Positions 39,348 to 44,459 of a stretch of DNA of 44,459 nucleotides are shown in pieces. Under the pieces are notes generated by a model, which saw only the letters and a program-made list of their open reading frames with translations, had not been told where the DNA came from and searched no databases. The position numbers were made by a program, and so were the translations under genes. Origin of the DNA: Clostridia bacterium. Its GTDB lineage: Bacteria; Bacillota; Clostridia; Oscillospirales; SIG627. The stretch is from positions 1-44,459 of the forward strand of contig JAFYLE010000055.1 in assembly GCA_017537265.1 (NCBI GenBank). Reading direction: 5' to 3'. The stretch's first letter is position 1. Each line of letters begins with the position of its first letter.

Positions 39348-40325
39348 TTAATTCTTCTCACGGGGCAGAACTTCCTCCTGCGGTTCCATGACGAAGTTGG
39401 AAAGTGCGACGGGGCACTTCAAAACGGCGTCCGCAACCAATCCTGCCACGCGAAACGCGCCGTAACGGGAAAGGTGGGTGACGTCGATCGTCTTTCGGTC
39501 TGCGGCCGAATAAGCGTGCAAGTGCAAGGTTGCCTCCCTGCCCTGCTCCGAAACAAGACCGTTATAGAACTCCTCGGTCAAGGCGGTCATGTCAAAAAAC
39601 GCAATATTTTCCTCGCTCGCGAAACGCTGCATCGCATCGCGGTACGGGAGGTGACTTTCCACGCTTGCCTTACCCGACTCCGAGTCGAGACGGGCGATCG
39701 GCGAGAGCAATACGGGCACGGCGCCGACACTGCGAGCGTACTGCACGTAATACTCATTCAAGATCCACTCAAAAGAATAGAGGCCGTTTTCGTTCTTGCC
39801 CTCCGCAGAGACCTCATCCATTCCGAGTTTAGCAGAAATCGCGGCGGCGGGGTTCTCGTCGTTATGGCCAAACTGGATAAACAGATAATCGCCGCGGGAC
39901 AGGTACTCCTTCAAATACGAATATCCGTCCGAGGTCGTATACGACAGCGAGCTTGCGCCGGAGACGGCATAATTATAAACGGAAACGCCTTGCGCGCCAT
40001 CCCGATCCTGATCCTCGGGAAGGAAATAATAATTCAAATACTTGCCCCAGCCCATCAGATCCTGCGCTTCCACGCGAGTGCTGCTGTACGTGCTGCAAGC
40101 GGTGGAGTCGCCCACGATGAAGATCCTGCCCGAAAACACAAAGCCCTCCGGCTCATGCACGCCGAGGCCGAAAAACTCCTCCGACGGGGTATATTCCTCT
40201 TCCTCATCCTCCTCGGGAGCGGGGAGAATGTTGAGCGAGGAAAGCACGCGCATGCTGCACGATGCCATGAACAGGGTGCTCAAGGCAAGAAGCAGGCAAA
40301 ATACGCGGCGAAGGGCTTGGAACAT
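39348..40325 (-). CDS. SGNH/GDSL-family esterase lipoprotein
   Basis: Signal peptide plus lipobox LFMASC. Block I is IFIVGDSTA; a GHNDE block is also present. Confidence 0.8.
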   Translation of the reverse strand: MFQALRRVFCLLLALSTLFMASCSMRVLSSLNILPAPEEDEEEEYTPSEEFFGLGVHEPEGFVFSGRIFIVGDSTACSTYSSTRVEAQDLMGWGKYLNYYFLPEDQDRDGAQGVSVYNYAVSGASSLSYTTSDGYSYLKEYLSRGDYLFIQFGHNDENPAAAISAKLGMDEVSAEGKNENGLYSFEWILNEYYVQYARSVGAVPVLLSPIARLDSESGKASVESHLPYRDAMQRFASEENIAFFDMTALTEEFYNGLVSEQGREATLHLHAYSAADRKTIDVTHLSRYGAFRVAGLVADAVLKCPVALSNFVMEPQEEVLPREKN

Positions 40326-40405
40326 GAACGCAAATCTCCTAAAAACGTTGTGTATTTATTCTACCACTTCCCCCATGAATTGGCAAGAGAGACACAAAAA
40401 TTTCT

Positions 40406-40434
40406 TTGCAAAAAACCGCGCGTTATGTTATACT
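40406..40434 (+). promoter_or_regulatory. Predicted promoter (TTGCAA-17 nt-TATACT)
   Basis: TTGCAA at 40406-40411 and TATACT at 40429-40434 with a 17-nt spacer. The ORF-track start codon at 40406 is the TTG of this -35 box. Confidence 0.5.
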
Positions 40435-40480
40435 GACTATGTTTACGACCTGTCCTTTCACCATGCACCCGAGGTACTCT

Positions 40481-42310
40481 ATGCTCAAACCGAAAAAACC
40501 AAAGATCCCCGAAGAAGTGCAGGCAGAAATCCAAGCGGAAAGCCCGAAGATGGTTGTCCCTCTCTTTCCCAAGTTCCCCATTCGGCTTTTGATCGTGCTT
40601 TTTCTCGTCGCCGCCCTTCTTCTTCCGATATGGCTCTTGTTTCAGGCGCCGGAAGATCACACACTCTTACCGAAAACAGCCGACACTTACCAAAAGCTGT
40701 ACGACGCTTTAAGCGAGCGGCACAGACTCTGTGCACCGACGCAAGCGTCGGACTCCGCCCTCTCTGCAGCAAACGGCGCGCCGAGTTCTGCTGAGAGTGA
40801 CGTTGCGAAAAGTAACGGCAACTACGTGTACTCGCTTTCCAAAAGTGTTGTCGGCGGACAGAGTCTGACGTTTTTAAACATTTCCTCCGTCGATGAAAAC
40901 GCGCAGGCGACCCTGCACTCCAAGACGGAGCTTTCCGCTCTCCTGCAGGCTGAAAACAAATGCCTCAAGGCGCAAGAGTTCTACCTGTACGAAAACAAAC
41001 TGATCTTCCTCTTCCCCGAAGAGGCCAAGGGGACCGTGGCGGTCAAGGACCGTGAAAAAACGGTGCTGGCCATTGTGGATGCAAGCAACCCCGCCGCGCC
41101 GACTCTGGAAAAACGCCTGTCGCAAGACGGCCGCTTCATCACCGCGCATATGAGCGCGGATGCCTTCTACCTCGTCACGCAACTTTCCATTCCCTACCAG
41201 AACATGAACAAGCGCGACCCCGCCACCTTCATGCCGACCTACTACAACGGAGAAGTCGTCATGAAAGTGCCCGTGGAACGCATCTTTTTGCCGCACGTGG
41301 CCCTCGGCGACACCATTCCCTACACGATCGTCGGAAGCATCGACCTTGGCGAGAGCTCTTACAAAAACTGCAACGCCACTTTAGGCCGCACCGACGCATT
41401 CTGCCTCTGCGCCGGAAAACTCTACCTCTGCGTGTCGCAAGGCCGCTTTGCCCTGCGCTTCGGTAAAACCGGCGAAACAAGCAGCACGCTGATCTCCTAC
41501 GAACTCGAAAACGCCGCCGTCCGTCGCATGGCGGAACGTCAGTTCAGCGGAAAGATCTTAAACGCCGACGCCCTGCACGTTTACAACTCCACCACGCTCT
41601 TTGCGGTGGCAAACTACGAAAAAGGCGCGGACACGCAGTCCTGCATTTACGCGCTAGACCTTGACCTCAAGACGCTCTCCTCCACTCCCGGACTCGGCAA
41701 AACGCAAAAGGCGGTTGCGGTGCGCTTTGACAAAGGACTCGTTTACCTCTTGGCAAAAGAGGCCGCCGAAGCGTTCTGCTGCATAGACCTGACCAATCCC
41801 AAAAAGCCGCTTCCGCTCTCGGAATTTCTCTTATCGGAAGCGACACCGCGGTTTTACACCTTAGATGAAAACACGCTTCTCGGCCTTGGGTACGCCGACG
41901 AAAATGCAGACGCGCTGACGGAAGGTGTGAAGCTCTCCGTCTTTGATGCGAAAAGCCTTACGGAAACTCAAGAATTCCTCTTTGCCGAGGCGGACAACAG
42001 CCGATACGTTTACTCCCGCGCCATAGACGACCCCAAGGCGATGCTCGTATCCTCCGAAAAAAACGTCGCTTGCTTCGTTCTGCAGCGCGGCGCCGCCTCC
42101 TCCCCCGAACTTGCCGTCCTGCGCAAAGGGACCGACGGCTTCACCCTTGACCTGATAAAAACACCCGAAGAAAACTTCTTCTCCCTCGAAGATCCGCTCT
42201 ATACCTACCGCGCGTTCTGCATGGACCAAACGCTGTGTCTGGTGGGCGAACGTGCCATGCAGACGTACTCGCTCGAGACGTTAGAGGCACTCTCCACCCT
42301 GCTTTACTGA
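40481..42310 (+). CDS. Membrane-anchored beta-propeller-domain protein (COG4880/PF09826-like)
   Basis: 609 aa from ATG 40481, 5 nt after a GAGGT RBS. There is an N-terminal TM helix, IRLLIVLFLVAALLLPIWLLF. The family call rests on overall layout and SNGNYVYS-type blocks only. Confidence 0.55.
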   Translation: MLKPKKPKIPEEVQAEIQAESPKMVVPLFPKFPIRLLIVLFLVAALLLPIWLLFQAPEDHTLLPKTADTYQKLYDALSERHRLCAPTQASDSALSAANGAPSSAESDVAKSNGNYVYSLSKSVVGGQSLTFLNISSVDENAQATLHSKTELSALLQAENKCLKAQEFYLYENKLIFLFPEEAKGTVAVKDREKTVLAIVDASNPAAPTLEKRLSQDGRFITAHMSADAFYLVTQLSIPYQNMNKRDPATFMPTYYNGEVVMKVPVERIFLPHVALGDTIPYTIVGSIDLGESSYKNCNATLGRTDAFCLCAGKLYLCVSQGRFALRFGKTGETSSTLISYELENAAVRRMAERQFSGKILNADALHVYNSTTLFAVANYEKGADTQSCIYALDLDLKTLSSTPGLGKTQKAVAVRFDKGLVYLLAKEAAEAFCCIDLTNPKKPLPLSEFLLSEATPRFYTLDENTLLGLGYADENADALTEGVKLSVFDAKSLTETQEFLFAEADNSRYVYSRAIDDPKAMLVSSEKNVACFVLQRGAASSPELAVLRKGTDGFTLDLIKTPEENFFSLEDPLYTYRAFCMDQTLCLVGERAMQTYSLETLEALSTLLY

Positions 42311-42314
42311 ACCG

Positions 42315-42349
42315 AAAAAACGGACAGGCATCTTGCCTGTCCGTTTTTT
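42315..42349. terminator. Bidirectional terminator
   Basis: AAAAAACGGACAGGC-atctt-GCCTGTCCGTTTTTT. Confidence 0.85.
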
Positions 42350-42356
42350 GTTGTGT

Positions 42357-42788
42357 TTACAAAAAGGTCTTCATCGTCTCCACGTTGCGTTCTTCCAGAT
42401 CGCAAAGCGTATTCATGAGGCTCTGCGCCTCCCCCAGATCCTCGCCCTCGTAGCGGCGCAGGTTCTTTTTGGCGTCGATGATGCCCATGGTACTGCCGAT
42501 GACCATCATCTCTGCAAGGTGCGCAGTCGTTCTGTCCATGATGCTCTGCATATCGATCATAAGATACGTCTTGACCTTGGACAATGCGCCGAGTCCCTTC
42601 TCGTCACATCCCGTGCGGCAAAGCGCGTCACGCGCGGCGGCATTGATGGAAAGATACTCCCTTTTTTGATCGCGCAACGCCTTTTGAAAACGCTCGTCGG
42701 AGGTGTACTCCGCCAAACGGTCGATGGAAATTGCACCCATTTCCGAGTTTTGGTACACGAAATTCAGCAGTTCCTGTCTTGCATCCAT
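42357..42788 (-). CDS. Hypothetical 143-aa all-helical protein (family not recognised)
   Basis: The ORF is clean, sits between a terminator and an AT-rich promoter region, and has protein-like composition. No motif recognised. Confidence 0.5.
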   Translation of the reverse strand: MDARQELLNFVYQNSEMGAISIDRLAEYTSDERFQKALRDQKREYLSINAAARDALCRTGCDEKGLGALSKVKTYLMIDMQSIMDRTTAHLAEMMVIGSTMGIIDAKKNLRRYEGEDLGEAQSLMNTLCDLEERNVETMKTFL

Positions 42789-42838
42789 AAAAAATCTCCT
42801 TTTTCTTTTTATTCTGTGCCGAGAAATGCAAAAAATAC

Positions 42839-42867
42839 TTGTAGCGGCAATTCTTTTTTGCTATAAT
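42839..42867 (+). promoter_or_regulatory. Predicted promoter (TTGTAG-17 nt-TATAAT)
   Basis: TTGTAG at 42839-42844 and TATAAT at 42862-42867 with a 17-nt spacer. Confidence 0.45.
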
Positions 42868-42904
42868 AAAAACCAAGAAAAATACCGTTTTTTCGGAGGA
42901 AACT

Positions 42905-43174
42905 ATGAAAGCAGTTCTGACGGTCGTCGGTTCGGACTCCGTCGGCATTCTTGCCGAGGTTGCTCTGGCCTGCGCCAAACTTGAGATCAACATTGAAGAA
43001 GTGACGCAATCCATTCTCGCCGGCACCTTCGCCATGATCATGGTGGTGGACCTTTCCCGCTGCACGGTGGACTTTGAAGCGGCACAGGCATCCCTTGCCG
43101 CCGCCGGTGTGAAAAAGGGCGTGGAGGTCAAGATGACCCGCCGCGAACTCTACGACACGATGCACCGCATCTGA
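42905..43174 (+). CDS. ACT-domain protein (UPF0237 family)
   Basis: 89 aa. [47 protein letters not shown] is typical of UPF0237. Confidence 0.85.
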   Translation: MKAVLTVVGSDSVGILAEVALACAKLEINIEEVTQSILAGTFAMIMVVDLSRCTVDFEAAQASLAAAGVKKGVEVKMTRRELYDTMHRI

Positions 43175-43182
43175 GGGCTGCT

Positions 43183-44459
43183 ATGCTGAATAAATCCGAC
43201 ATTCTCGACACCATCCGCATGATCGCGGATGAGAACTTGGACGTGCGCACGGTCACGATGGGCATTTCCCTGCTCGACTGCGCCGACCGCGATCCGAAAG
43301 TCGCGTGCGACAAGATCTACGAGAAGCTCTGCCGCAAGGCGGAGCACCTCGTCTTTGAAGCGGAAAAACTCTCCGCCGAATACGGCATTCCGATCGTGAA
43401 CAAACGCATTTCCGTCACGCCCATCTCCTTGCTGCTCGGCGCGACCGAGGGCAAAGCCAACCCCGTAGACTATGCAAAAACGCTGGACCGCGCCGCGAAA
43501 ACGCTGGGCGTGGACTTCATCGGCGGCTACTCCGCGCTGGTGCAAAAGGGCTTTGCCGCGGGCGACGAGGCCTTGATCGACTCCATTCCCGAAGCGCTTG
43601 CCGCAACCGACTTCCTCTGCTCCTCCGTCAACGTGGGCAGTACGAAAGCGGGCATCAACATGGACGCGGTGGCGAAAATGGGCCACATCATTCGCCGCGC
43701 CGCCGAACTGACGAAGGACCGCGACTGCATTGGCGCGGCAAAACTCGTGGTGCTCTGCAACGCCCCCGAAGACAACCCCTTTATGGCGGGAGCATTCCAC
43801 GGTGTGGGTGAGCCCGACTGTGAGATCCACGTCGGCGTCTCCGGCCCCGGTGCGGTGCGCGCCGCACTCCAAAAGGCGGGCCCCGACATGACACTCGACG
43901 CCCTTGCCGAGATCATCAAACGCACCGCATTCAAGATCACCCGCATGGGTTCGCTCGTCGGCAGCATTATGGCAAAGCGACTGAACATGCCCGCGGGCAT
44001 CGTAGATCTCTCCCTTGCACCTACCCCCGCCATCGGCGACTCCGTGGCAAACGTGCTGGAAGAAATGGGTCTGGAAACCTGCGGCGGTTGCGGTACGACG
44101 GCTGCCCTTGCGATGCTCAACGACGCCGTGAAAAAAGGCGGCGTTGCGGCAAGCAACTTCGTAGGCGGACTCTCCGGTGCGTTCATCCCCGTCTCCGAGG
44201 ACGCGGGCATGATCGCCGCCGCAAAAGCCGGCATTCTGACCCTGGAAAAACTGGAGGCGATGACCTCCGTCTGCTCCGTGGGCATCGACATGGTGGTGCT
44301 CCCCGGTGACACCCCTGCCGAGGTCATCAGCGCGCTGATCGCCGACGAGGCCGCCATCGGCATGGTCAACTCCAAGACCACCGCCGTGCGCGCCATTCCC
44401 GCGCTCGGCAAACAGGCGGGCGAGATGCTCTCCTTCGGCGGGCTGCTCGGCGAAGGCCC
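43183..44459 (+). CDS. UPF0210 (DUF711/PFL-like) protein, C-terminus beyond window end
   Basis: This gene is not in the ORF track because no stop falls in the window. My own translation from ATG 43183 gives [33 protein letters not shown]..., the UPF0210 N-terminus. It is the conserved partner of the UPF0237 ACT protein. Confidence 0.85.
   Translation, partial: MLNKSDILDTIRMIADENLDVRTVTMGISLLDCADRDPKVACDKIYEKLCRKAEHLVFEAEKLSAEYGIPIVNKRISVTPISLLLGATEGKANPVDYAKTLDRAAKTLGVDFIGGYSALVQKGFAAGDEALIDSIPEALAATDFLCSSVNVGSTKAGINMDAVAKMGHIIRRAAELTKDRDCIGAAKLVVLCNAPEDNPFMAGAFHGVGEPDCEIHVGVSGPGAVRAALQKAGPDMTLDALAEIIKRTAFKITRMGSLVGSIMAKRLNMPAGIVDLSLAPTPAIGDSVANVLEEMGLETCGGCGTTAALAMLNDAVKKGGVAASNFVGGLSGAFIPVSEDAGMIAAAKAGILTLEKLEAMTSVCSVGIDMVVLPGDTPAEVISALIADEAAIGMVNSKTTAVRAIPALGKQAGEMLSFGGLLGEG

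Noticed and set aside
40406-40480. N-terminal 25 codons of the beta-propeller ORF
   Set aside because: The proposed TTG start is the -35 hexamer of the predicted promoter. ATG 40481 has a GAGGT RBS.

Overview
This 44.5-kb window looks like a chromosomal segment of a GC-rich Firmicutes (Clostridia-like) genome. That placement is inferred from gene content: S10 operon order, IreB, a type-A-looking RNase P RNA, an archaeal-type ProRS and cohesin/dockerin modules. I could run no homology search, so all family calls rest on motifs recognised in the supplied translations.

Content from left to right:
- The proximal S10 ribosomal operon (rpsJ-rplC-rplD-rplW-rplB-rpsS-rplV') on the minus strand.
- tmcAL, divergent from ackA.
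- tRNA-Ser(CGA), followed by a small AT-rich islet carrying one lipoprotein gene.
- A membrane-anchored LamG + metallophosphoesterase protein.
- A three-gene membrane module related to Bacillus ydjI/ydjG/ydjH (SPFH protein with zinc-ribbon tail, zinc-ribbon protein, TPM protein) with no pspA.
- An ArsB/NhaD-type permease and a P-type cation ATPase.
- A long minus-strand unit: rnpB, ireB, a 92-aa ORF, prfA, tsaC/sua5, coaE, an SLT transglycosylase and an M18 aminopeptidase.
- A tightly coupled plus-strand operon: murD, three M42 aminopeptidase paralogs, an ATP-grasp ligase and an AsnB-type amidotransferase.
- A small-protein + sigma-region-4-like regulator pair, then a hairpin-rich spacer and an AT-rich DMP19/DUF4375-like gene.
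- A dockerin-bearing peptidoglycan-hydrolase gene directly followed by a membrane-anchored cohesin gene.
- DUF2344-proS.
- A DUF2974 hydrolase, an SGNH lipoprotein and a beta-propeller membrane protein.
- A helical ORF of unknown function.
- An ACT (UPF0237) + UPF0210 pair, which runs off the window end.

Almost every operon start has a TTGnnn-17 nt-TATAAT promoter. I used these promoters, together with RBS positions and terminators, to trim several ORF-track starts.

I found no CRISPR array, rRNA, transposase or integrase. The many long antisense ORFs are GC-rich shadow frames.

The most unusual items are:
- the murD/M42x3/ATP-grasp/AsnB operon;
- the pspA-less SPFH/Zn-ribbon/TPM module;
- the adjacent dockerin-autolysin/cohesin-anchor pair;
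- the hairpin-rich spacer plus DNA-mimic-like gene;
- rnpB abutting ireB.
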